A DNA stretch of 64,000 bases from an uncultured Candidatus Saccharibacteria bacterium (GTDB lineage: Bacteria; Patescibacteriota; Minisyncoccia; Phycocordibacterales; UBA9973), in assembly GCA_964544225.1 (NCBI GenBank), contig CAZIZK010000003.1, positions 8,419 to 72,418 on the forward strand. Reading direction: 5' to 3'. Made by a program: the position numbers and the translations under genes. Of the stretch, positions 38,159 through 47,439 are shown one piece after another. The notes under the pieces are model-generated. The model ran no database searches, had not been told where the DNA came from, and worked only from the letters and a program-made list of their open reading frames with translations. How positions within the stretch are numbered: the first letter of the stretch is position 1; each line of letters opens with the position of its first letter.

Positions 38159-38893
38159 TTATACCGGATTCATCATCAGGCATTTTTCGATAATAGCCAC
38201 ATATCCAGCTTTATCTGGCTCATATGCCCAAATTTGAGCAAGAGTAGATAAAGTGTTGTTTAGGAATGGTTTATGGTTTCTGTAAATCAGTTGATACAAC
38301 TGTTCTACACCCATATGCAGACTTTCCACAACATCAGGATCAGGTGACCCTTTGTAATTGTCTGGTGCATCGGAACCAAGCACCAAAAATGGATATTGCT
38401 TGTGTTCACCACGGCTCATCTCGCCGCAATCAATAGCATCAGTAAAATGGCTCATAGCACACTCTTCACCAAGTTCACGGGAAAGAGTAGCAAGCTTCAC
38501 CTCGCGTTGAAGTACTTTATGCTGATCATAATGTACATAAGTTTCAATAACTGTACGAGCTTTTTTTAATGAATCAACAAAAAGATCTCTGCGGGCTTTT
38601 TTCTCTTCGTTTGATCTTGCTGGCATTTTGGAAACCTTGGCTTCCATCTTGTCAGAAATTTCAGTTATTTCACTTACAATAAACTCTACCATTGCTTGGT
38701 CAATCTTGAGCTTTTCAGCACCAAGTTTATTTACAGCAGCGGTGATATCGCTGAATTGAATGGTGCCTCCAGGGAGGCGGTACTCGTGAACCTGTTTGTG
38801 GTCAGACTCGTCGAAGTAGTGCACTACGAGGATTTTCAAATCCCCATTAATCTTCACGCATGTGCCTGCAGTGAAGAAATCCAGTTGTATCAT
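38159..38893 (-). CDS. Hypothetical protein, Nudix-like with an interrupted Nudix box
   Basis: KILVV..YRLPGG, then ~85 helical residues, then LATLSRELGEEC. Promoter TTGACT-16-TATGAT upstream. Start set at ATG 38893. Confidence 0.65.
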   Translation of the reverse strand: MIQLDFFTAGTCVKINGDLKILVVHYFDESDHKQVHEYRLPGGTIQFSDITAAVNKLGAEKLKIDQAMVEFIVSEITEISDKMEAKVSKMPARSNEEKKARRDLFVDSLKKARTVIETYVHYDQHKVLQREVKLATLSRELGEECAMSHFTDAIDCGEMSRGEHKQYPFLVLGSDAPDNYKGSPDPDVVESLHMGVEQLYQLIYRNHKPFLNNTLSTLAQIWAYEPDKAGYVAIIEKCLMMNPV

Positions 38894-38987
38894 TTTTATA
38901 TATTTGTACAAATCATATCACAAATATAGGAAAAGTCAAGGACTATACGGCCCTTACAAAACAAGGCTTTTGTGATAGAATACTTCT

Positions 38988-40757
38988 ATGGAAAACAATG
39001 AAAAATTAGCTCATATACGCCACACACTCGCCCACCTATTAGCCCAGGCAGTATTGGATAAATATGTCGGTGTAAAATTGACTCTTGGCCCTTCTATCGA
39101 CAATGGCTTCTATTACGATATCGACATGGGTACTAACAAGATAAGTGACGAAGATCTAGCAAGTATCGAGGCTACAATGAAAGCCAATCTTCCCTCTTGG
39201 ACCGAATTTACTCACAAAGAAGTATCCAAGGACGAGGCTCTCCAGATATTCGCTGGCAATACATACAAAGAAGAACTGATAAATGAAATAGCAGAGCGTG
39301 GTGAAAAGATCACATTGTATACATGTGGCAACTTTACCGATCTTTGTCGTGGTGGCCATGCCGAGAACCCTGCAAAGGAAATACCTTCCGACTCTTTCCG
39401 TCTTGACCGTGTAGCTGGTGCATACTGGCGCGGAAGTGAGGAGAACAAAATGCTCACTCGTATCTATGGACTAGCATTTGAGAGTAAAGGAGATCTTGAT
39501 GCATATATTACACAACAAGAAGAAGCAAAGAAGCGTGATCACAGGAAGCTCGGTTCTGAAATGGAACTATTCGCTTTCTCAGACTTTGTTGGCCCAGGGC
39601 TACCTCTTTGGTTACCAAATGGTGGGGCTATCACTGAAGAGTTGGAAAAACTAGCAAAGGAAACAGAATTCCTAGCTGGCTATCACCGTGTACGCACACC
39701 ACATATTGCAAAAGAATCTATGTATCTAACAAGTGGCCACCTGCCTTATTACGAGGAATCTATGTACCCTTCTATGGAATACGAAGGTGGTAAATATTAT
39801 CTAAAAGCCATGAACTGTCCACACCACCATCAGATATTTGCTGCGTCAAAGCGTAGCTACCGTGACTTACCATTACGCTTGGCTGAATACGGTACATGTT
39901 ACCGCCACGAAAAGTCTGGTGAACTATTTGGACTTATGCGTGTACGCTCACTATCTATGAACGACGCACATATATATTGTACCGAGGAACAATTTGCCGA
40001 TGAATTCCGTGCAGTAAATGAAATGTATTTAAAGTATTTCAAAATATTCGGTGTTGATAAATACGTAATGCGCTTCTCTACACATGCCCCGGAAAAATTG
40101 GGTAAGAAATACGTCGACCAGCCCGAGCTATGGAAGAAGACCGAAGATATGGTTCGCAATGTATTGATCGAGTCAAACATACCTTATGTAGAGATCCCTG
40201 ATGAAGCTGCATTCTACGGCCCAAAGATCGATGTCCAAGTATGGAGTGCCATAGGCCGCGAATTTACATTGGCGACAAACCAAGTAGACTTTGCTGTTCC
40301 TGCAAAATTCGAATTAACTTATACTTCAAATGAAGGCAAGTTAGAAACTCCACTTTGTATCCACCGTGCACCTCTTGGTACACATGAACGCTTTACAGGG
40401 TTCCTTATTGAACACTATGCAGGTATATTCCCTACATGGCTGTCCCCTGTACAAGTTTCTATAATACCAGTAAAGGAAGTTCACGAAGAAGAAGCAAATA
40501 AAATTCTAAATTCTTTGCGAAGTGACTTTATCCGTGCTGAATTAATCTCGGGCAATGAGAGTCTCGGCAAGCGTATTCACCAAGCAAAGAAGCTAAATAC
40601 TCCTTATGTTATAGTCCTAGGTGATAAAGAAAAGGAAAGTGGCATGCTCACTATCGAGACACGCAATATAGGTGCCGATGGTAAAGGTGAAAAGCTTTCA
40701 ATGTCCCTCCCCGACTTCCTAACCCACCTCACCTCCGAAATAAAAAACCGCTCATAA
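38988..40757 (+). CDS. thrS: Threonyl-tRNA synthetase
   Basis: RHTLAHLLA, DLCRGGH, GAYWRG, RDHRKLG, KAMNCPHH, AAFYGPKID, IHRAPLG.HERF. Confidence 0.97.
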   Translation: MENNEKLAHIRHTLAHLLAQAVLDKYVGVKLTLGPSIDNGFYYDIDMGTNKISDEDLASIEATMKANLPSWTEFTHKEVSKDEALQIFAGNTYKEELINEIAERGEKITLYTCGNFTDLCRGGHAENPAKEIPSDSFRLDRVAGAYWRGSEENKMLTRIYGLAFESKGDLDAYITQQEEAKKRDHRKLGSEMELFAFSDFVGPGLPLWLPNGGAITEELEKLAKETEFLAGYHRVRTPHIAKESMYLTSGHLPYYEESMYPSMEYEGGKYYLKAMNCPHHHQIFAASKRSYRDLPLRLAEYGTCYRHEKSGELFGLMRVRSLSMNDAHIYCTEEQFADEFRAVNEMYLKYFKIFGVDKYVMRFSTHAPEKLGKKYVDQPELWKKTEDMVRNVLIESNIPYVEIPDEAAFYGPKIDVQVWSAIGREFTLATNQVDFAVPAKFELTYTSNEGKLETPLCIHRAPLGTHERFTGFLIEHYAGIFPTWLSPVQVSIIPVKEVHEEEANKILNSLRSDFIRAELISGNESLGKRIHQAKKLNTPYVIVLGDKEKESGMLTIETRNIGADGKGEKLSMSLPDFLTHLTSEIKNRS

Positions 40758-40771
40758 CGAGCGGTTTTTTA
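40741..40771. terminator. Bidirectional terminator overlapping the thrS and Ham1 stop codons
   Basis: TAAAAAACCGCTC-ataac-GAGCGGTTTTTTA. Confidence 0.8.
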
Positions 40772-41326
40772 TTTATTTCTTTGAGATAACTTTAGCACAA
40801 GATCCTGCAATGCGCGACCTCGGTGGGATATCTTATTTTTCTCTTCTGGGGTAAATTCCACCATTGGCTTGTCGGTGCCATCTATCTGTACAAACAGGTC
40901 AAACTCGCGTGGGCCTGGGTCAATATCTTTAGGCATTATTACATCACCTTCGATAGTACCAGTTGCAATGACCGGATCTGTACCGTCATAAAATCCAAGC
41001 CTACAAGCCACCTGTATGCGTGAACCTGCAAACTTCACACCCATATCATATATGGGTATATGTGCTATAAAGTCTTTTATATACGGACCTGGGAACCCAC
41101 CAAGAGCTTCAAAGTGTAGTGATGTATCATCTACTAATACAGGCTTTTGAAAATATTCATAAGCAGCCATAAGCTTATGAAGGATTATGTCTTCTGGCTT
41201 ACCTTGTATTTCATTATACCCTTCAAGTGTGACTTGCTCGCAATCAAAAAATTTATCCAGTTCTATGGATAGCTCTCTAAACTTTAATGCGTTCCCTGTT
41301 ACAATTGCTAATTTTTCTTTTTGCAT
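40769..41326 (-). CDS. Non-canonical purine NTP pyrophosphatase (Ham1/ITPase family)
   Basis: VTGNALK, EIQG, VDDTSL, GFPGPYIK, KNKISHRGRA. Confidence 0.92.
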   Translation of the reverse strand: MQKEKLAIVTGNALKFRELSIELDKFFDCEQVTLEGYNEIQGKPEDIILHKLMAAYEYFQKPVLVDDTSLHFEALGGFPGPYIKDFIAHIPIYDMGVKFAGSRIQVACRLGFYDGTDPVIATGTIEGDVIMPKDIDPGPREFDLFVQIDGTDKPMVEFTPEEKNKISHRGRALQDLVLKLSQRNK

Positions 41327-41341
41327 ATTTATGTATTACGC

Positions 41342-41371
41342 AATTCCCCGAGACAATAATCTCGGGGAATT
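41342..41371 (-). terminator. Hairpin/terminator after gyrB
   Basis: AATTCCCCGAGA-caataa-TCTCGGGGAATT. Confidence 0.6.
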
Positions 41372-41373
41372 TA

Positions 41374-43482
41374 TTATATATCCAAGTTTGCCATTTTGGC
41401 ATGTGACTGAATAAATGATTTACGAGGAGGAACTTCCGATCCCATCAACATATCAAATACTTTATTTGCTTCTTCTGCATTAGTTATAGATACTTGTTTT
41501 AATACGCGTCGTGCAGGGTCCATAGTTGTCTCCCACAATTCCTCGGCATTCATTTCTCCGAGACCCTTGTAGCGTTGTATATGGATCTTGCCTTTACTTG
41601 CCACTGCCTTGTCACCCTTTACTTTCTCTTCAGCCATTTCTGCTTCTGTACCTTCGGTATTTTCACCCCCACCTTCTTCTGCAGATTCTACTAGCAACTC
41701 TTCGAGCTTTGGTGCGTCTGCACCTAGTATGTTGTCGCGTTCTGTGTCAGAGTAAGCGTAGAATATTTCTTTACCTTTCTTGATCTTGAACAATGGTGGC
41801 TGTGCAATATATACATAACCAGCATCCAGTATTTGTCGGAAATAGCGATACATAAGTGTAAGTATCAGTGTACGGATGTGTGCACCGTCCACGTCGGCAT
41901 CGGTTGCTATGATTATCTTGTGGTAGCGCATCTTCTCCAGATCAAATGTATCACCTATAGATGTACCCATGGCGATAACCAAGTTCTTGATCTGCTCACT
42001 TCCTAGCATGCGGTCCAGACGTGCACGCTCCACGTTCAATATCTTTCCACGAAGTGGAAGTATCGCCTGAGTCTTTCTGTCACGGCCCATCTTTGCTGTA
42101 CCACCCGCAGAGTCTCCCTCTACTATGAACAGTTCTGCACCTGAAGCCTCACGGATCTGACAGTCTGCCAATTTACCAGGAAGTGTCATCCCCTCGAGTG
42201 CCCCTTTACGCAACACTGAGTCCTTTGCAGCTTTGGCGGCCTTACGAGCACGCATAGCAAGTAGTGATTTGTTTATGATAGCTTTCGCTTCGTCTGGGTT
42301 CTCTTCGAAGAAGGCATTGAATGCTTCACCAAATACGGTAGCCACTGCACCTTGGGCCTCTGTAGAACCAAGCTTGCCCTTTGTCTGGCCTTCGAATTGG
42401 ATCTCGCGTAGTTTTACAGATACTACAACCATCAAGCCTTCCAATACGTCATCACCGGTGAATCCACCATCGGACTCTTTGATTATGTTATTCTTCTTTC
42501 CATAAGTATTTAATATGCGAGTAAGTGCAGTTTTGAACCCGGTAATATGTGTACCGCCTTCTGGGTTATAAATATTGTTTGCAAAAGGTACAATACGTGA
42601 TTGCATGTCGTCTACATATTGTAGTGCTACTTCTACACCCACATCGTCCACCTCCTTCTCTACGTAAAATACAGTTGGGTGTATTGGCTTCTGGAGTTTG
42701 TTATAGAACTTTACGAGTGATACAAGTCCCCCTTCAAAGTAGAATGTTGTCGATGGAACTTCTAATCCCAAGTCCTTGAACCAAAATACTTCATCTATAT
42801 TTGTCTTCTTGCCTTTCAATACTTCATCGCCCATCTCGCGAGCATCGATAATATGGATCTTCAAACCTTTCACCAAGTATGCCTGTTGGCGCAAGTGGTT
42901 CACAATAGTGTTCCAGTCGAATCTTACTTGCTTGAATATTTCTTCATCTGGAGTAAATGTAATGATAGTACCCTGATCCTTTGAAGTTGAAACTTTTTTT
43001 ACATTGGCCTTCTTCTTACCTTGTGAGTATTCCTGAACATATCGGCCACCATCGCGGTGAACCTCGGCTTTTGTATATATAGAAAGTGCGTTAACTACAG
43101 AGGCACCCACGCCGTGCAAACCTCCGGAAACTTTGTATCCACTTTCGTCACCTCCGAACTTACCTCCGGCATGCAGTGTTGTCATAACAGTTTCAAGAGC
43201 GGAAACTTTTGTCTTTGAGTGTACATCTACCGGTATACCACGGCCATTGTCGGCAACTCTAACAGTGTTACCTGGTAGTATGACAACTTCGATCTGATTA
43301 CAGAACCCTCCCATGGCTTCGTCACGAGAGTTGTCGAATATTTCCCATACCAAGTGGTGCAAACCATCAATACCAGTTGAACCGATATACATACCAGGGC
43401 GTCGGCGAACCGGCTCTAAGCCTTCGAGGACCGATATCTCATTTGCGCCGTATTTTGCTTTTTTCTCTTCTTTTTTTGCCAT
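41374..43482 (-). CDS. gyrB: DNA gyrase subunit B
   Basis: LEPVRRRPGMYIG, DNGRGIP, SGGLHGVG, VEGDSAGG, PLRGKILN, TDADVDG.HI, QRYKGLGEM. Confidence 0.96.
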   Translation of the reverse strand: MAKKEEKKAKYGANEISVLEGLEPVRRRPGMYIGSTGIDGLHHLVWEIFDNSRDEAMGGFCNQIEVVILPGNTVRVADNGRGIPVDVHSKTKVSALETVMTTLHAGGKFGGDESGYKVSGGLHGVGASVVNALSIYTKAEVHRDGGRYVQEYSQGKKKANVKKVSTSKDQGTIITFTPDEEIFKQVRFDWNTIVNHLRQQAYLVKGLKIHIIDAREMGDEVLKGKKTNIDEVFWFKDLGLEVPSTTFYFEGGLVSLVKFYNKLQKPIHPTVFYVEKEVDDVGVEVALQYVDDMQSRIVPFANNIYNPEGGTHITGFKTALTRILNTYGKKNNIIKESDGGFTGDDVLEGLMVVVSVKLREIQFEGQTKGKLGSTEAQGAVATVFGEAFNAFFEENPDEAKAIINKSLLAMRARKAAKAAKDSVLRKGALEGMTLPGKLADCQIREASGAELFIVEGDSAGGTAKMGRDRKTQAILPLRGKILNVERARLDRMLGSEQIKNLVIAMGTSIGDTFDLEKMRYHKIIIATDADVDGAHIRTLILTLMYRYFRQILDAGYVYIAQPPLFKIKKGKEIFYAYSDTERDNILGADAPKLEELLVESAEEGGGENTEGTEAEMAEEKVKGDKAVASKGKIHIQRYKGLGEMNAEELWETTMDPARRVLKQVSITNAEEANKVFDMLMGSEVPPRKSFIQSHAKMANLDI

Positions 43483-43571
43483 AAATTAATGTAAAAATGC
43501 CCTAAAATAAGGACCAATATTATGCGTATATTATATCAGATACAACTATTAAAAGAAAGGTAAATAACCCT

Positions 43572-45164
43572 TTATTTCAAAGGGTTATTTGGTGTATTTG
43601 GACTATTTTTACCAGATTCTAATTCAGGAACAAAAGCTGTTATTTCTGAATGTTTACTCTCTGCTATAATCGGTGTTTTAACATTTATAACAGGTGTTGG
43701 ATATTTAGGTTTTGGAGCGTCAGGAATACTATCGATAGATACATCCTCATTTACTTCAATTGTTTTATTTTCTATTGGTTTAGCTGGTTCGAGTGATATT
43801 AATTCTTCTTTTTTTATTATAGGTTTTATTTCTTCTGTTTTTATAGGTTTTACTATTGGCTGTACTGGTTGTTGTACTGGTTTTTCTATTTTGTCTATAT
43901 TGTCGTCAGACACAGATGTCTTTTTAAAGATAGAGTACACTCTGCGTAAACGATCCAGTATGTGGTGGCCGAACAAATAGTGCAGTAATAACTCAGCAAG
44001 TATAATTAATAATATTAGTAGCAATAGGTAGATAAAGTATTTTTTGAAAAATGAGATAAATGTAAAACCTGGATATAGGTCGACACTTGCTTCCCTAATA
44101 TTGCCGGCTGTATCGTATGCCCGCACAATAACTCGCATACTATCAGCTGTCGTATTTGGAGCCAGATACGGGCTCTGTGTTTCAATAAATACAGGCGAAG
44201 CCACCTCACCGCTATTATTATCCACTACTCCGACTTCATAATGATCTATTCCTGCTAGTGTATCTGTGGTCAGAAATGATACTAGATACTTTTTTGCTCC
44301 AACTGCGTCTTTTAGATTACTAACATCCAGGGAGAAATTTGCAGGAGGAGCTGTGTCTATCTTTATCTGGAAATGTGTTGTGTTGCCCCACACACCCAAC
44401 GCTATCGCACGTACGTGGAAATACCATATACCATTTTTCAAATTGGTATATGAATACGATGTATCATTGGTTGTAATATTTGTCGGGGGTATCGTATTGG
44501 GATTAGAATCCATCGCAATACTAAAACCTTGTATATTTGGTAAACTTTCCCAGCGCAATATAGGACTATTGTTGTTATACCACTGTTCTTGGATAGGGTG
44601 AGTTTCCGAAGATATTACTACACCTTCTGGAGCTTTGGGTGTAATAGTATAGAACCCGCCACTACGTGACAACTTTACATCGGTACCCAGACCATCATCC
44701 AGATTTGCACTAGAATAATCACTAATAGTTATCCCTGCATTTCCTGTTCCTATTGTTTTAAAAGTAATTGTAGCTATTAAACCCGAGCTTGTCGTAATAC
44801 CACCTGGGATAACACCGGCCATACTAGCGGTACCTATCTTGTTATCATACTTTGGAGCCTGGATCCATATACCAAAGATGGACTTACCACCTGAAGGGTT
44901 CACTATTGCCAATTTTGCCGGATTAAAATCTATCTTTAAACTAATAGTATTAATACGGTTCAAATTCGTATTAATATACACAGGAACTTCAAAGGTAGAC
45001 CCAACTATAAAGTTACCAGTACGGGGTGTTACGAACAATTCCGCCTTTGGTAAAAGCGATGGTCCATATAGATCTATAGTCTGAGCTTTTGTGTAGAATA
45101 CAGGACTGAACAATAAAAAACATAGATATATAGATATAAATATTTTTTTGAATACTTTTATCAT
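43572..45164 (-). CDS. Membrane-anchored cohesin-like plus Ig/FN3-like surface protein
   Basis: Signal peptide; cohesin-like VGSTFEVPVYINT..IN...IDFNPAKL..SIF.IW..P..GLIATITFK...DDGLGT; SSETHP..WY..GIWYFHVRA; TM; Pro/Lys/Glu-rich tail. Confidence 0.75.
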   Translation of the reverse strand: MIKVFKKIFISIYLCFLLFSPVFYTKAQTIDLYGPSLLPKAELFVTPRTGNFIVGSTFEVPVYINTNLNRINTISLKIDFNPAKLAIVNPSGGKSIFGIWIQAPKYDNKIGTASMAGVIPGGITTSSGLIATITFKTIGTGNAGITISDYSSANLDDGLGTDVKLSRSGGFYTITPKAPEGVVISSETHPIQEQWYNNNSPILRWESLPNIQGFSIAMDSNPNTIPPTNITTNDTSYSYTNLKNGIWYFHVRAIALGVWGNTTHFQIKIDTAPPANFSLDVSNLKDAVGAKKYLVSFLTTDTLAGIDHYEVGVVDNNSGEVASPVFIETQSPYLAPNTTADSMRVIVRAYDTAGNIREASVDLYPGFTFISFFKKYFIYLLLLILLIILAELLLHYLFGHHILDRLRRVYSIFKKTSVSDDNIDKIEKPVQQPVQPIVKPIKTEEIKPIIKKEELISLEPAKPIENKTIEVNEDVSIDSIPDAPKPKYPTPVINVKTPIIAESKHSEITAFVPELESGKNSPNTPNNPLK

Positions 45165-46558
45165 ATTTCCTTATCAAGATCTTTAACTTCTTTAATTAAC
45201 AATTTCTCAGCATCTTTCAAGTCTTTCTTTATTTCAGACATTGAAGCATGGGCACCTGATGCAACATCGTCTGCAAGGATGCCAAAGCTCTTAGTAATTG
45301 TGTCTTTTGTTTCTTCTATTTTCTGACGTAACTTCTTGTGTGACTTGTGTGTTCTGTATACAAAGTACATAGATATGAGTAAGCATATCAATAGCAACCA
45401 TAATACAATTATGTTACTTGAGAACAAATTTACAAATTTACCCCATGAATTCAAGACAACTTGAAAAGTTACCGGGGCACTCTCTACACTCTGTGCGCCA
45501 TCTTCTATAACAGTTTTGGCTGTCACAGTGTACCCACCTAGTGTGACCTTTGAATCAGATACGTAACTGAACTTACCATTACTATTGGTATGTGTATGTG
45601 CGACTGTTAGTTGGTCTGTTACTGTATTTAATATATTGAGCAGAACATCACTATCAGGCTCGGCTAGACCCTTGAGTACTATAATATCTCCAAGGTGAAG
45701 TTCCGTAGGGTATGTTGTAATGATGGGTGTTATAACAACATTGTTATAAAACTTTATAAAACCATTCATGCTGTTGCCATACTTATCAAATGCTTGAACA
45801 CTTATATTGTGATCACCTTTTGACACAGGCGGTGTCTGGAATATATGAGTCCCATCATCTACCCACGAAATTATATCCAAAGAATCAATCTTTACTGTAT
45901 AGGTGTCGTCTTTGGCTTGTCTTGGGGATAGTATTAGAAATTTAGGAGGCACATTGCTTGCCATGTTCTCCTTTATTTGTTGTATCTTGATTGTAGAGTC
46001 ATTGTTGGCACCAGTTGTCTTGTCTTCTGTTACTTGTACTTTTGGAACAACCGAAGCCGATATATTGAAAGTGGCCGTACCCTTGCCAGATATTAGTTCG
46101 GTACCATTGCCATCATTTGCAAGTATAGATGCAGATATAAATGATACATTGGCAACACCGATTGCAGTTGCTTTGAATGTAAGTGTGGCAACTAGGCCAG
46201 CGCCACCACTGTAACCATTGCCACCGAGTATCCCCCCTATGAGTGAAGCAGTGCCCGCACTATTGGAAAAGGCTGGGTCAACGATCCAATTTGTTATAAT
46301 ACTTCCACCTTTTGATATAGATACAAGTTTCAGAGTATCAGTCGAGAATTTGATACTATCTTCAGTTGCATTCACTGGAACTCCATTTGTATTTATCAAA
46401 ACACTGACTTTTATGGTGTCACCAACTTTATATGAGCCGGAATTTGGACTGAGGTTGATACTGGCAGCGTGTGATATGTGCGACACGGTAAATAAAGCTA
46501 TTAGTATAAATAGTTTTATAAAATTTACATTAGAATATTTTTTACTTAATCTTTGCAT
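45161..46558 (-). CDS. Membrane-anchored cohesin-like plus Ig-like surface protein
   Basis: Signal peptide; VGDTIKVSVLINT..VNA..IKFSTDTLKLVSIS..SIITNW..P..LVATLTFKA..ANDGNGT; Ig-like domain; C-terminal TM and coiled coil. Confidence 0.78.
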   Translation of the reverse strand: MQRLSKKYSNVNFIKLFILIALFTVSHISHAASINLSPNSGSYKVGDTIKVSVLINTNGVPVNATEDSIKFSTDTLKLVSISKGGSIITNWIVDPAFSNSAGTASLIGGILGGNGYSGGAGLVATLTFKATAIGVANVSFISASILANDGNGTELISGKGTATFNISASVVPKVQVTEDKTTGANNDSTIKIQQIKENMASNVPPKFLILSPRQAKDDTYTVKIDSLDIISWVDDGTHIFQTPPVSKGDHNISVQAFDKYGNSMNGFIKFYNNVVITPIITTYPTELHLGDIIVLKGLAEPDSDVLLNILNTVTDQLTVAHTHTNSNGKFSYVSDSKVTLGGYTVTAKTVIEDGAQSVESAPVTFQVVLNSWGKFVNLFSSNIIVLWLLLICLLISMYFVYRTHKSHKKLRQKIEETKDTITKSFGILADDVASGAHASMSEIKKDLKDAEKLLIKEVKDLDKEI

Positions 46559-47438
46559 GACGCTTCTTCTTGTTCTTCTTTACAAACAATAGCGCCAATA
46601 GGACAATAATAAATACAATAACAGTAGTACCCAGTATTGCGTATAATGGCGGATATATAACTACTGTTGCAAAATTATAAGCAAAGTCAGTAGCCTTAAC
46701 TTTAATTATACTCTGATGTGACTGATCTTCCAATAGATATGGGCTCGATACAGCCTTCCATTGACCCAACAATCCCTCCTTTACCATTACATCCTTCATG
46801 CCTACCCCTCTATCTATCGCCTGAAATATAAGTGTGTATTTATTATCGAAAAGATTTTCGTCTTTTTCTACACTTGCTATCAATTCCGGCTTGTTCGTAT
46901 CATCTATTTTATAATCTGTATTAATTGATTCAGAATTTGTATCTATTAGCACAGAAGTAGACTCGATATTATTAATAGTTCCTAAGCCGTCGTTTTGAGT
47001 TACAACAATATTCTGTGTAGATACCAGAGCATTACCAACTTTTGTAGACTTAAATACTAATCGCATTATATTGCCAGACTTTTTCTTTTCACTATTGATA
47101 GTATCTATCACTCCTGTAAATCCGTTCGGTATAATACCTGAGAAATTAATTGTATCTCCTATTGTATTTGGGTGTATGAGCCATGCACGTACTATGGACT
47201 GACCATCTTCTACACGAACAAGCTTTATTGTATCGTTATTTGGTATTGATACGGAACCCTCGATACCATTGATATCATTGCCTTGTACATCGAGCATTAC
47301 ATCTATGTAGAACTCACTACCTACACCAACGCTCTTGTTGGGTATATCGAAATACACACTTGGGTTAGCCGCCTTTACCAGGCTAGGTACAAGAGTAAAG
47401 ATACAGACTAATAAAATTGTATAAAATATTTTTTTCAT
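46542..47438 (-). CDS. Membrane-anchored cohesin-like surface protein
   Basis: Signal peptide; VGSEFYIDVMLD..INGIEGSV..SIVRAW..P..SGIIPNGF..IMRLVFKS..NDGLGT; C-terminal TM and basic tail. Confidence 0.75.
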   Translation of the reverse strand: MKKIFYTILLVCIFTLVPSLVKAANPSVYFDIPNKSVGVGSEFYIDVMLDVQGNDINGIEGSVSIPNNDTIKLVRVEDGQSIVRAWLIHPNTIGDTINFSGIIPNGFTGVIDTINSEKKKSGNIMRLVFKSTKVGNALVSTQNIVVTQNDGLGTINNIESTSVLIDTNSESINTDYKIDDTNKPELIASVEKDENLFDNKYTLIFQAIDRGVGMKDVMVKEGLLGQWKAVSSPYLLEDQSHQSIIKVKATDFAYNFATVVIYPPLYAILGTTVIVFIIVLLALLFVKKNKKKRHAKIK

Positions 47439-47439
47439 A

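Noticed and set aside
5468-42976. Antisense or overlapping ORFs over housekeeping genes (for example 5786-6511, 34215-34823, 37218-37838)
   Set aside because: They lie fully opposite well-conserved genes and show no recognisable motifs.
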